64,000 nucleotides of DNA from an uncultured Bacteroides sp. Lineage in GTDB: Bacteria; Bacillota; Clostridia; Christensenellales; CAG-917. Location of the stretch: assembly GCA_964644355.1 (NCBI GenBank), contig CAZXUW010000001.1, positions 106,060-170,059 of the forward strand. Reading direction: 5' to 3'. The notes under the pieces are model-generated. The model worked only from the letters and a program-made list of their open reading frames with translations. It had not been told where the DNA came from and did not search any database. Position numbers and translations under genes: made by a program. Positions 29,146-37,806 of the stretch are shown here, one piece after another; position 1 is the first letter of the stretch, and every line of letters starts with the position of its first letter.

Positions 29146-30231
29146 ATGGCAACAATAAAATTTGTGAATATCAACAAAGTTTACGACAATAAAGTACAGG
29201 CTGTTTTTGACTTCAATCTTGAAGTTGAGGACAAAGAGTTTATTGTGTTTGTAGGTCCGAGCGGTTGCGGAAAGTCAACCACGCTCAGAATGTTGGCAGG
29301 TCTTGAAGAGATCACGTCAGGCGAGCTTTATATTGACGACGTGCTTGTCAACGACGTTCAACCAAAGGATAGAAATATTGCTATGGTTTTCCAAAGCTAC
29401 GCACTCTATCCGCATATGACGGTTTATGACAACATGGCGTTTGCACTCAAGCTTAAAAAGACTCCAAAAGAAGAAATAGATGCAAGAGTGAACGAGGCTG
29501 CTTCCATTCTCGGCTTGGAGCCTTATCTCAAACGCAAACCAAAGGCAATGTCCGGTGGTCAACGTCAAAGAGTTGCACTCGGCAGAGCCATCGTGCGTAG
29601 ACCAAAAGTGTTCCTTATGGACGAACCGCTTTCAAACCTTGATGCAAAATTGCGTGTACAGATGCGTTCTGAAATCGCAAAAATTCACGAAAAAGTAGGT
29701 GCAACAACCGTCTACGTCACGCACGATCAGACCGAGGCTATGACAATGGCAACTCGTATTGTTGTCATGAAAGATGGCAGAATTCAGCAGATTGGCACGC
29801 CGAAAGAAGTGTATGAGCATCCGGTCAATATGTTTGTCGGAGGCTTCATCGGCTCACCTGCAATGAATTTCTTTGAGGGTGTTGTCAGCAACGGCGTTTT
29901 CCATTTTGGAAGTTGCGATAGCGATTTGTCAATCAAGTTGACAGAGCAACAGACAGAGCATCTCAAAGAGTATGACGGCAAGAAAGTTGTGCTTGGCGTT
30001 CGCCCGGAGGACATCGTTCTCTCAAACGGCAATGACAATTCGCTTGCCATAGAATGCGACGTCGTCGAGTTGCTTGGACACGAGTTGATCATTTATGCAA
30101 ATATCGGCTCTCAACGTGTCATTTTTAGAACGTCGTCAAAGCAAGACGTTCACACTCACGACATCGTTAACGTTGCGTTTAATTGCGAAAATATGCACTT
30201 TTTCGATAGCGAAACAACTCAAGTGATTTGA
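29146..30231 (+). CDS. Sugar ABC transporter ATP-binding protein (MalK/MsmK/MsmX type)
   Basis: Walker A is GPSGCGKST, the signature is MSGGQRQRVALGRA, Walker B is VFLMDEPLSNLD, and a C-terminal regulatory TOBE-like domain is present. Confidence 0.93.
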   Translation: MATIKFVNINKVYDNKVQAVFDFNLEVEDKEFIVFVGPSGCGKSTTLRMLAGLEEITSGELYIDDVLVNDVQPKDRNIAMVFQSYALYPHMTVYDNMAFALKLKKTPKEEIDARVNEAASILGLEPYLKRKPKAMSGGQRQRVALGRAIVRRPKVFLMDEPLSNLDAKLRVQMRSEIAKIHEKVGATTVYVTHDQTEAMTMATRIVVMKDGRIQQIGTPKEVYEHPVNMFVGGFIGSPAMNFFEGVVSNGVFHFGSCDSDLSIKLTEQQTEHLKEYDGKKVVLGVRPEDIVLSNGNDNSLAIECDVVELLGHELIIYANIGSQRVIFRTSSKQDVHTHDIVNVAFNCENMHFFDSETTQVI

Positions 30232-30240
30232 CAAAGAAAT

Positions 30241-30591
30241 ATGTTTAAGGGACTGTCTGTATTTTTTGAAACGTACTCCATCACGGCAAACGACGCCAAA
30301 AACGACGCACTAAAACCCATAGACGTGTCTTGTGGCGTTGAGTCGTCAATGGTGAGAGTCAGCGATATGCTGACAAGACTTGGCTATGGCTCAAAATTGG
30401 AAAATAGGGATTTCAAAGAAATTTTCGCCCAAAACGACAACTTTGAGGTCACTGCATCTTTTATCGCTCTGCCAAATTCCGGTACTCGCATAGGTATGGC
30501 AGTGTTCTCACCCACCGGCAAACTCACCAAAAGAACGCTCATTTCGCTCATGGGTGAAGTCGCAAAAGAATTCGAGTACGAAAAACAATAA
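30241..30591 (+). CDS. Hypothetical protein (116 aa), last gene of the locus
   Basis: The ORF lies 9 nt after the ATPase gene and is followed by a strong terminator. I did not recognise a family. Confidence 0.5.
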   Translation: MFKGLSVFFETYSITANDAKNDALKPIDVSCGVESSMVRVSDMLTRLGYGSKLENRDFKEIFAQNDNFEVTASFIALPNSGTRIGMAVFSPTGKLTKRTLISLMGEVAKEFEYEKQ

Positions 30592-30613
30592 TGCATCTCA
30601 AACAATCAAAAAG

Positions 30614-30639
30614 CCGAGAGCAACCCTCTCGGTTTTTTA
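30614..30639 (+). terminator. Rho-independent terminator
   Basis: Stem CCGAGAG/CTCTCGG followed by TTTTTT. Confidence 0.85.
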
Positions 30640-30822
30640 TGTTGATTTTACGGGATTTTGCTATGGAAGAATGATCGCTGTAAAATGTTGGCTGTGTTGC
30701 TATTGAGTATCCCGATATATCGTTTGGATGTAAATGATTGTTTGAAATTTGACAGTCATCTGTTGCCAATGCGATTTTGGATTGAAAAATAAAAAAATAA
30801 TCTATATTGCGGTGAAAATCAT

Positions 30823-30851
30823 TTGACATAAGTTTTGTAAAATAGTATTAT
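30823..30851 (+). promoter_or_regulatory. Sigma-A promoter of rplJ-rplL
   Basis: TTGACA (30823-30828), 17-nt spacer, TATTAT (30846-30851). Confidence 0.65.
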
Positions 30852-30857
30852 ATATGC

Positions 30858-31009
30858 GTTCCAAAGACAGCAAGTGGCGAAAGCCGTAAGTACACCAACG
30901 CTTGCCGAGGATGAAGCTTAATACTAAATGTGTGTATTTGCGTCATTCTCTTGGAATGACGCTTTAATTTTATTGCGACTTGAGTCGCTAACTTTTATAG
31001 GAGGTAAAG
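30858..31009 (+). ncRNA. Ribosomal protein L10 leader-like 5' UTR with a terminator/attenuator hairpin
   Basis: This ~150-nt leader precedes rplJ. It has a nested stem GCAAG...CTTGC (30870-30905) enclosing GGC-GAAA-GCC, then the hairpin GCGTCATTC/GAATGACGC (30940-30962) followed by TTTAATTTT. Position and layout fit the Firmicutes L10 leader. Confidence 0.55.
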
Positions 31010-31504
31010 ATGAACAAAGAAGTTCTTGAGGCCAAAAAGCAACAAGTTGAGGACATCAAGGCTAAGATTTCATCTGCAAAGTCCATTGTTATCGTTGACT
31101 ACATGGGACTTACGGTTGCACAAGACACAGCTTTCCGTAAAGAGCTCAGAGAAAACGGCGTGGATTACGCAGTTTTGAAGAACCGCCTCGTCAAGATTGC
31201 TTTCAACGAACTCGGTTACACCCAGTTTGACGAAGCTCTCAATGGCCCGACAGCAGTTGCATTCTCATCCACAGACGCAGTTGCACCGGCAAAGTACGTT
31301 GTCAAAAACATCAAAGCTTTCAACAAGATGAAGACAAAGTGCGGTATGGTCGAAGGCGAATTCATGGACGAAGCCCAATTGAAACAAATCGCAGAAATTC
31401 CGTCAAGGGAAATTTTGCTCGCAAAGATGCTTGGCTCAATGCAAGCACCTATCTCGAAGCTTGCTAGATGCTTGAACAAGATCGCAGAGGCAAAGGCAGA
31501 GTAA
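31010..31504 (+). CDS. rplJ: 50S ribosomal protein L10
   Basis: 164 aa. The sequence VIVDYMGLTVAQDTAFRKELRENGVDYAVLKN is typical of L10. Confidence 0.95.
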   Translation: MNKEVLEAKKQQVEDIKAKISSAKSIVIVDYMGLTVAQDTAFRKELRENGVDYAVLKNRLVKIAFNELGYTQFDEALNGPTAVAFSSTDAVAPAKYVVKNIKAFNKMKTKCGMVEGEFMDEAQLKQIAEIPSREILLAKMLGSMQAPISKLARCLNKIAEAKAE

Positions 31505-31561
31505 TCAAAGCAGTATGACTGCAAAAAACAAACTAAAATAAATTTTAACGGAGAAACTAAA

Positions 31562-31930
31562 ATGGCAGATTTGAATAAACTTATGGAAGAAATCAAGGCT
31601 ATGACAGTCCTTGAGCTCAATGATTTTGTTAAAGCACTCGAAGAGGAGTTCGGCGTAAGCGCAGCAGCTCCTGTAGCAGCAGTTGGCGTTGCAGCAGCAG
31701 CACCGGTTGAAGAAGAAAAGACAGAGTTTGACGTTGTTCTTAAAGAAGTTGGTCCAAACAAAGTTAAGGTCATCAAGGAAGTTAAGGATGCAACAGGTCT
31801 TGGTCTTGTTGATGCAAAAGCTCTTGTTGATGGTGCACCAAAGACAATCAAAGAAGCAATGCCCAAAGAAGCAGCAGAAGCACTCGTTGCAAAACTCAAA
31901 GAAGTTGGCGCAACAGCAGAACTCAAGTAA
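31562..31930 (+). CDS. rplL: 50S ribosomal protein L7/L12
   Basis: 122 aa, with an Ala-rich hinge. The C-terminal domain reads [48 protein letters not shown]. Confidence 0.97.
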   Translation: MADLNKLMEEIKAMTVLELNDFVKALEEEFGVSAAAPVAAVGVAAAAPVEEEKTEFDVVLKEVGPNKVKVIKEVKDATGLGLVDAKALVDGAPKTIKEAMPKEAAEALVAKLKEVGATAELK

Positions 31931-31955
31931 TTTTAATACCTACTATAACGAGAAA

Positions 31956-31979
31956 CCACCGATTTGTCGGTGGTTTTTT
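31956..31979 (+). terminator. Rho-independent terminator after rplL
   Basis: Stem CCACCGA/TCGGTGG followed by TTTTTT. Confidence 0.85.
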
Positions 31980-32483
31980 CGTGCCAAAATATTGCTGTAT
32001 AATCGGGTATAGCTCTCAAAACACAATACCTTCACAAATATTCAACATTGTAAAATATCTATCAAAAACGCTTATTAATACACGATAAGTGTTGCAAATA
32101 TTAAAATAACAACTAAAATCAGTATTTTTATATATTTCAAAACACCATACGTGTAATATTGCATATATACATCATAGTTGTTTGCTCGTGTCTATAGTTG
32201 AGTCACGTGCCACTTTTTGTGTATATGTTATTGCATCGTTTGATTGAGTTTATTAAGGCCTAGAAAACTCGTTGTTCTTGTTTAATTCTACATCGTGTGG
32301 AATTTTGCAAATTTATATGCTTGGTATGTTTTTTATATTTTACCCTTTGCGTGGATTATTTTTGATCTGCAAATATTGACAATTCAAAGTGGCAGATTTT
32401 ATAATTTAATCACAACAAGCGAGCAGATTGATTTGCTGAAAATGTTGATGATCACAATAAACGGTTCGGGAGGAAATTTAGAG

Positions 32484-32546
32484 ATGGATGCAATTATTGG
32501 CATTGTAGTAATATTTGTATTTGCTAGTTTTTTGTTTGGGAAATGA
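32484..32546 (+). CDS. Candidate 20-aa hydrophobic peptide (MDAIIGIVVIFVFASFLFGK)
   Basis: GGGAGG (32468-32473) lies 10 nt upstream of the ATG. A single TM-like helix ends in Lys. The ORF lies 65 nt upstream of the XRE regulator on the same strand. There is no homology evidence. Confidence 0.3.
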   Translation: MDAIIGIVVIFVFASFLFGK

Positions 32547-32611
32547 GCAATGTGATTTAATGTAAAGATAATACGTAATGAAGTATATAAAATAATAATA
32601 GGAGAAAACAA

Positions 32612-33538
32612 ATGAGAAAACAAGGTATAAACGGTGATTTGATAACAGAATATAGAGAAAGAAACAAGCTTACGCAAGCAAAATTTGCCTCTAGGCTTAA
32701 CAAGCAATTGAGTGAGAATGGCGTTACTGCCACATATAGCGATAAAGCAATCAGCATGTGGGAAAACGGCAACCGCCAACCTGCCGATATCAATGTTCTT
32801 AAAGCTCTTGCAAAAACAATTGGCGTAAGCCTTGATGAGCTTTGTTTCATGAATGAGGTCGAAGAAGAAGTGCAAAAGGACACTATAAATAAAGATCAAA
32901 CAACAGCAATGGTTGAATACCTCAATAAATTTGTCGAAGATAATCAACAGATAATTTTTGATTGTTATGCATTGGGTATGTATAATTGTGCAGAAACAAT
33001 AAAAACAGAATGTATTGATGTTAATACTATAAAAGTAGTTAAGGAATTTTGGCTTTCCATACCTTTTGAACCCTTGGCGGTTGATGACGTTGTTTGGGCA
33101 TCGCATTATGTGTGGGATGATGGTTATGAGCTGTTTGAGGAATATACAAAAGGTGCAAACCAAGTATCCGAGCAAGAATTTAGAGCTTTGGTTTTGAACT
33201 ATTTGCTAGATAATGCAAATGATTTGAAAAAAAACTACGATGAAAACTTTGCGGTTGATTATGTGGACTATAGATTTGAAGGAGGACTTCATAGTGAGCC
33301 ATATGAAAAGGTTTTATCAAGTGACTTGTCGGCATTGGGAATAGACGTTGAAGACGTTAAAGCCTATCCTATCGCAAATTATTATACAGATAAGGGATTG
33401 ATATTGAGAGTGGGAGTTGAAGTGACCGGGAAGTCTATCAGCTTTGTTAAAATGCTTGCAGGCAATATTCTTGAGAATTCAGACAAATGGACACAAGCAA
33501 ATAAAAAGTCTATTGAAGAATTGCTAAAAACAGAATGA
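32612..33538 (+). CDS. XRE-family helix-turn-helix regulator with an unrecognised ~240-aa C-terminal domain
   Basis: The HTH is LITEYRERNKLTQAKFASRLN...ISMWENGNRQP. AGGAG lies upstream of the ATG. The gene sits in an AT-rich islet. Confidence 0.75.
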   Translation: MRKQGINGDLITEYRERNKLTQAKFASRLNKQLSENGVTATYSDKAISMWENGNRQPADINVLKALAKTIGVSLDELCFMNEVEEEVQKDTINKDQTTAMVEYLNKFVEDNQQIIFDCYALGMYNCAETIKTECIDVNTIKVVKEFWLSIPFEPLAVDDVVWASHYVWDDGYELFEEYTKGANQVSEQEFRALVLNYLLDNANDLKKNYDENFAVDYVDYRFEGGLHSEPYEKVLSSDLSALGIDVEDVKAYPIANYYTDKGLILRVGVEVTGKSISFVKMLAGNILENSDKWTQANKKSIEELLKTE

Positions 33539-33600
33539 TTTAAGTATAAAGTGATTGTTGTTTTGTTTGGTGATTGTAGGTCATTAATACCTCTTATGTA

Positions 33601-33628
33601 AAAGTCGCTCTAAATTTAGAGCGACTTT
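33601..33628 (+). terminator. Terminator-like perfect 28-nt palindrome
   Basis: AAAGTCGCTCTAAA/TTTAGAGCGACTTT. The trailing T-run is weak. Confidence 0.55.
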
Positions 33629-33677
33629 TACTTTGAAAAGATGTTGGAAAATTTTTTCAGAAAAATCAAAAATAACG

Positions 33678-33706
33678 TTGACAATATATATGGTTTAGTG
33701 TATATT
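33678..33706 (+). promoter_or_regulatory. Sigma-A promoter of the perR-like gene
   Basis: TTGACA (33678-33683), 17-nt spacer, TATATT (33701-33706). Confidence 0.6.
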
Positions 33707-33711
33707 ATAGG

Positions 33712-33726
33712 TAATAAGAATTATTA
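33712..33726. promoter_or_regulatory. Fur/PerR-box-like 7-1-7 inverted repeat
   Basis: In TAATAAG-a-ATTATTA the arms match 6 of 7. It lies between the -10 element and the start codon of the Fur-family gene. Confidence 0.45.
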
Positions 33727-33740
33727 TCAATAAGGAAGCT

Positions 33741-34133
33741 ATGACAAAAAGAAATACGGTACAGAAAGAAGTAGTTGCAAAGATTGTGAAAGATGCGTGC
33801 AATCATCCAACTGCAGAGATGGTGCTTGAGGAGGCAAAAAAGGAAATTCCCAGCATCAGCCTTGGCACGGTGTATCGCATTCTCAAAGATATGGCGTCAA
33901 GTGGTGAGATTAGAGAGGTTGTGTGCAAGGATGCTCCCTCAAGATTTGACAAAACAACAATGAATCACGGGCATTTTCAGTGTGTGAAGTGCGGAGCGGT
34001 TGAGGACATATTCATCAATCTTGACAGAATTGATAAAAATATCGTAGATTTTGGCAACAAAGTGGTGTTGGAGAGCCAAATCTTGTTTAGAGGCATTTGT
34101 GAAAAATGCACAGAATGCTCGGATAATAAATAA
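33741..34133 (+). CDS. perR: Fur family transcriptional regulator, probably PerR-type
   Basis: 130 aa. It has the winged-helix motif [20 protein letters not shown]....CEKCTEC zinc-site cysteines, and lies next to a rubrerythrin gene. Confidence 0.75.
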   Translation: MTKRNTVQKEVVAKIVKDACNHPTAEMVLEEAKKEIPSISLGTVYRILKDMASSGEIREVVCKDAPSRFDKTTMNHGHFQCVKCGAVEDIFINLDRIDKNIVDFGNKVVLESQILFRGICEKCTECSDNK

Positions 34134-34188
34134 AAATCGCATAAAATGCGAAATAATAAAAAAATTAAATTTGAAGGAGAATCAAATT

Positions 34189-34734
34189 ATGAAAAAATAT
34201 GTTTGTCCAGTTTGCGGTTATGTACACGAAGGTGATAGTGCACCAGAAAGATGCCCACAATGTGGCGTTCCCGGCAGTAAGTTCATCGTTGACAACGGAG
34301 AAGAAAAAGTTTGGGCAGCAGAGCACGTGGTTGGCGTAGGTCAAGGTGTTCCGCAAGACATTTACGATGGCTTGAAGGCAAACTTTGAGGGTGAATGCAC
34401 TGAGGTCGGTATGTATCTTGCAATGGCAAGAGTTGCACATCGTGAAGGCTATCCTGAAATCGGTCTTTACTGGGAAAAGGCTGCATACGAAGAGGCAGAG
34501 CATGCCGCAAAATTCTGCGAACTTCTCGGTGAACTTGTAAGTACGTCAACAAAGAAGAATCTCGAGATGCGTGTTGATGCAGAAAACGGTGCAACACTTG
34601 GCAAATTCGAGCTTGCAAAGAGAGCAAAAGAAGAAGGTCTTGATGCAATCCATGACACAGTGCACGAGATGGCTCGTGACGAGGCTCGCCACGGCAAAGC
34701 ATTTGAGGGCTTGCTCAACAGATATTTCAAATAA
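34189..34734 (+). CDS. rbr: Reverse rubrerythrin (N-terminal rubredoxin-like CxxC...CxxC, C-terminal ferritin-like diiron domain)
   Basis: [26 protein letters not shown] is followed by E..EH diiron motifs ([18 protein letters not shown]). GGAGA is the RBS before the ATG at 34189. The ORF-track extension from 34051 was rejected. Confidence 0.88.
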   Translation: MKKYVCPVCGYVHEGDSAPERCPQCGVPGSKFIVDNGEEKVWAAEHVVGVGQGVPQDIYDGLKANFEGECTEVGMYLAMARVAHREGYPEIGLYWEKAAYEEAEHAAKFCELLGELVSTSTKKNLEMRVDAENGATLGKFELAKRAKEEGLDAIHDTVHEMARDEARHGKAFEGLLNRYFK

Positions 34735-34753
34735 TTGCAGATCACAAAGAAAA

Positions 34754-34781
34754 GCCGTTCGGAATTTCCGAACGGCTTTTT
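34754..34781. terminator. Bidirectional rho-independent terminator between convergent genes
   Basis: Stem GCCGTTCGGAA/TTCCGAACGGC, flanked by an A-run and a T-run. Confidence 0.85.
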
Positions 34782-34791
34782 AATTCAATCA

Positions 34792-35259
34792 TCAAACGAA
34801 AGCTTGAAGCACTTTGTCTGTTGTGAGGAAGGGCATCCCCATAGCTTGCGATTGGCTGATCATTTCTGCATCCTCGATTGTGATGTATCCCGGCATACTG
34901 TTCTCAATTTGAGCAGGTTCGATATCGAGTTCTTCAAAATCGGGTACTTCATAGTCTGCACCATGCGACATATAAAAATCCATATATGAATAGTTTTCAC
35001 CCATCAGCTGACTTTGTGCGCTTGCCATAATTTGCCCCCAAGCACGCATGCTTGCCCTAAAACAAGTGCCGTTTGAAAACACCGGAACGCCGGTTATACT
35101 GTTTTGGTGGTTATCGCCATAGATGACGTAATTGTGTGCACATATATCATCTTGTATAAGCTTGATGACATGCTCAAAAGCATCTTTTTCTAACGAAATG
35201 GTGGGGTAGATGTCGTCAAAATCTGTCCAACCGACAATTTTCAATTCTTCCATAAACAA
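34792..35259 (-). CDS. Hypothetical protein (155 aa)
   Basis: This clean ORF follows rsmI on the minus strand. I did not recognise a family. Confidence 0.55.
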   Translation of the reverse strand: MFMEELKIVGWTDFDDIYPTISLEKDAFEHVIKLIQDDICAHNYVIYGDNHQNSITGVPVFSNGTCFRASMRAWGQIMASAQSQLMGENYSYMDFYMSHGADYEVPDFEELDIEPAQIENSMPGYITIEDAEMISQSQAMGMPFLTTDKVLQAFV

Positions 35260-35276
35260 TCCTTTTTTAGTATTTT

Positions 35277-36080
35277 TTATAAATTTAGTGCTTGTTGATA
35301 CACTTCATTTTTTGGTATGCCTCTATCCTGAGCAACCTTTTTGACAGCCTCTTTTTTGTCAATGCCAAGATCTATATAGCGTTTGAGATGTTCCAAAATC
35401 GTAAGGTCGTTAAGAGGGTTTTGAGTGGTGGCACCGTCAATAATCATGACGATTTCCCCGCGTTCTTCACATTCGAAATTTGCAAGAGAAGTGATGGTGA
35501 CGCTCTCGTGAATTTTGGTGAGTTCACGCACAACGTACACTTTTCTATCTCCCAAAATCTCGCATAAAGTGGTTGCGGTTTTTGTCAAATCATGGGGTGC
35601 GACGTACAAGACTATTGGAAGTCCTGTTGTTGCACATTTTGACACAATCGACACTTTATCTGCCTTTTTTTCAGGTAAAAACCCTAAAAATGTAAATCCG
35701 CTTGCTTTTATACCGCTCAATGCAATAGCACTTGCGAGGGCGGTGGGACCGGGCACCACTTCAACTTCAACGCCTTGTGTGTGACACTTTGCAATAAGCT
35801 CTGCTCCCGGATCGCTTATGGACGGCATGCCGGCATCGGTGATGAGAGCCACGTTTTTGCCATCGCATATGAGGGATATAAGATAGTCACTGCACTCTTG
35901 CTCGTTGAATTTGTGATACGCCACAAGCTTTGCGTGTATATCGTATTTGCTCAAAAGTGGCAGAGAATGGCGAGTGTCCTCACATGCGATGACGTCAACG
36001 TCTTTGAGCGTTTGCAACGCACGGAGGGTTATGTCTTGAAGATTGCCAATCGGCGTTCCGACAATATATAGCTTTGCCAT
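35277..36080 (-). CDS. rsmI: 16S rRNA (cytidine1402-2'-O)-methyltransferase
   Basis: KLYIVGTPIGNLQDITLRALQTLKDVDVIACEDTRHS and ITDAGMPSISDPG are the tetrapyrrole-methylase-fold RsmI signature. Confidence 0.92.
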   Translation of the reverse strand: MAKLYIVGTPIGNLQDITLRALQTLKDVDVIACEDTRHSLPLLSKYDIHAKLVAYHKFNEQECSDYLISLICDGKNVALITDAGMPSISDPGAELIAKCHTQGVEVEVVPGPTALASAIALSGIKASGFTFLGFLPEKKADKVSIVSKCATTGLPIVLYVAPHDLTKTATTLCEILGDRKVYVVRELTKIHESVTITSLANFECEERGEIVMIIDGATTQNPLNDLTILEHLKRYIDLGIDKKEAVKKVAQDRGIPKNEVYQQALNL

Positions 36081-36778
36081 CAGGTGTACAGCTCCTTGTA
36101 TTGAGTGGTGTAATTGCCCGCCTCATCCATGACAATGAGCGTGCTTGTTTTTAGGCCTACCTTTGCTCCCTTTCTAGCTTTGAGGATGACAACGTCCACA
36201 CCGCTTGAAAGCTTTGGATACACAAGTGTAAGCTCTTTTGGCTCCAAATGATTTTGGCATAGTGAATGTATAAGCTCTGCAAGCCTATCGGCTTTGACGG
36301 AAAACCAGCAATCACCGCCAAAACGTAGGCAATAGCTTGTTGCCTTGACAAAATCTTGCAAGGTTGCAACGCTTTCACTGCGAGAGATGTCTTTCTTGCT
36401 GTTTTGCAAGCCTGCAAAATATGGCGGATTGCAAAGAACAACGTCAAAGCTTTCCGCTTGAGTCAAATTTTTTATGTCACGCACGTCACCGTTGATGATG
36501 TCAAGTCTATCCTCAAGCTTGTTGAGGGTGGCACTCTGTTTTGCAAGAAGTGCGATGTCATGTTGCAGTTCGATTCCGACGGCGGATTTTGCGTGTTTTT
36601 TGACAAGAGCAAGCGTTGCCAGTATCCCTGTGCCACATCCCAAATCCAGAACGTTGTCCGTTTGCTTTATCTTGGCAATATTTGCCAAAAACACCGAGTC
36701 TTGAGAGAAAGCATAGTCCTCGGTGTCTTGCAAAATCACGTAATCTTGGATGTCCAAAGAGGTGGCATAAATTGACAT
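36080..36778 (-). CDS. YabB/TrmN6-like SAM-dependent methyltransferase (tRNA m6A37 type)
   Basis: It has the SAM motif VLDLGCGTGIL and NPPY (LCNPPYF). Synteny with rsmI matches B. subtilis yabB-yabC. Confidence 0.75.
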   Translation of the reverse strand: MSIYATSLDIQDYVILQDTEDYAFSQDSVFLANIAKIKQTDNVLDLGCGTGILATLALVKKHAKSAVGIELQHDIALLAKQSATLNKLEDRLDIINGDVRDIKNLTQAESFDVVLCNPPYFAGLQNSKKDISRSESVATLQDFVKATSYCLRFGGDCWFSVKADRLAELIHSLCQNHLEPKELTLVYPKLSSGVDVVILKARKGAKVGLKTSTLIVMDEAGNYTTQYKELYT

Positions 36779-36779
36779 A

Positions 36780-37226
36780 TTAGGCTCTTACAACTTGGAT
36801 TTTCAAGGTCTGAGTGACCTCTGGATACAGACGCAACAACACTTCAAATTGTCCAAAGTCACGGATGCTTTCCTTGATCTCTATCTTCTTTTTGTCAACG
36901 TCAAAGCCCAACTCTTTGAGGGTTGTGCTTATCATTTCGTTTGTGACGGAGCCGAACATTTTCCCGTTGTTTTCGCCACCTTTTGCCTTGACGGTGATGG
37001 TGACGTTTTTAAGATTATCTGCGATTGCTTGAGCTTCTGCACGCTCTTGAGCTATTTTTGCATCATGAGCTTTTTTGCGTTGATCGGCAACGTGCAGATT
37101 TTGCACCGTACCTTCTTGAGCGAATCCCTTTTTGATGAGGAAGTTGCGAGCATAGCCGTCGTTCACCTCGATGATTTCGCCCTTTTTGCCTGTGCCTTTC
37201 ACGTCTTTAAGAAGAATAACTTTCAT
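36780..37226 (-). CDS. rplI: 50S ribosomal protein L9
   Basis: [36 protein letters not shown] is the canonical L9 N-terminus. The upstream extension in the ORF track was rejected. Confidence 0.95.
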   Translation of the reverse strand: MKVILLKDVKGTGKKGEIIEVNDGYARNFLIKKGFAQEGTVQNLHVADQRKKAHDAKIAQERAEAQAIADNLKNVTITVKAKGGENNGKMFGSVTNEMISTTLKELGFDVDKKKIEIKESIRDFGQFEVLLRLYPEVTQTLKIQVVRA

Positions 37227-37411
37227 AAAACGCTCCTTATGCGATATTTTCTTAAAATATATTAGCACAAACGTATAGTTTTTTCAATAAGAACATTCAT
37301 AAGTGACAAAATTTTGGAAAATATCCTCAATATTGCTTGTTTTGGGTGTATTTGTTTTGCGTTTGGACATACTAAAAGCGATATAAAAGTGCAAAAAAAC
37401 AAGGAGAAATT

Positions 37412-37720
37412 ATGGAAAAAATCAACTGTACAACATCAAATTGCGAGCATAATATCAAGGGCGTTTGCCTTGCGGGAGTCATCACGATAGGTGAGAGTGC
37501 AAAATGTTTGAGCCGTATCAAGCGAGACGGTGGTGCTCTTGCTCAAAACTTTGCCGACGTGGAAGCTGGCGAGGACGTGTTTGAAAAGGATCTTGAAAGT
37601 CTTGTGCAATGTTCGTTGAGTGATTGTGCCTTCAACAATCAGGGACTTTGTGCAAACAGTCAAATAACCATAAAGGATACACCCTTTTCCACAAAGTGCA
37701 AGACCTATATGAAGAAATAG
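37412..37720 (+). CDS. DUF1540 domain protein (two copies of the Cys motif)
   Basis: The two copies are INCTTSNCEHNIKGVCLAGVITIGESAKC and VQCSLSDCAFNNQGLCANSQITI. Confidence 0.75.
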   Translation: MEKINCTTSNCEHNIKGVCLAGVITIGESAKCLSRIKRDGGALAQNFADVEAGEDVFEKDLESLVQCSLSDCAFNNQGLCANSQITIKDTPFSTKCKTYMKK

Positions 37721-37806
37721 TTTCGTCAAAAATAGAGCATATTCGACAAAGATAGCAACTATCCTTTTGCATGCCTGTGTTAGTGTATAAAAAACAGGAG
37801 GCAAAT

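Noticed and set aside
30548-30829. A 93-aa minus-strand ORF between the glucan locus and rplJ.
   Set aside because: It overlaps the terminator and the rplJ promoter region, has no RBS and shows no recognisable motif.
32295-32546. The 83-aa ORF spanning the AT-rich region.
   Set aside because: It has a non-ATG start with no RBS and its composition is driven by AT-rich DNA. Only its last 20 codons have a convincing RBS and ATG, and those are reported separately at low confidence.
31990-33640. The AT-rich islet as a prophage or integrative element.
   Set aside because: No integrase, recombinase, flanking direct repeats or tRNA attachment site is visible. Only one regulator gene and a mini-ORF are present. 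It is kept as an 'accessory islet', not called a mobile element.
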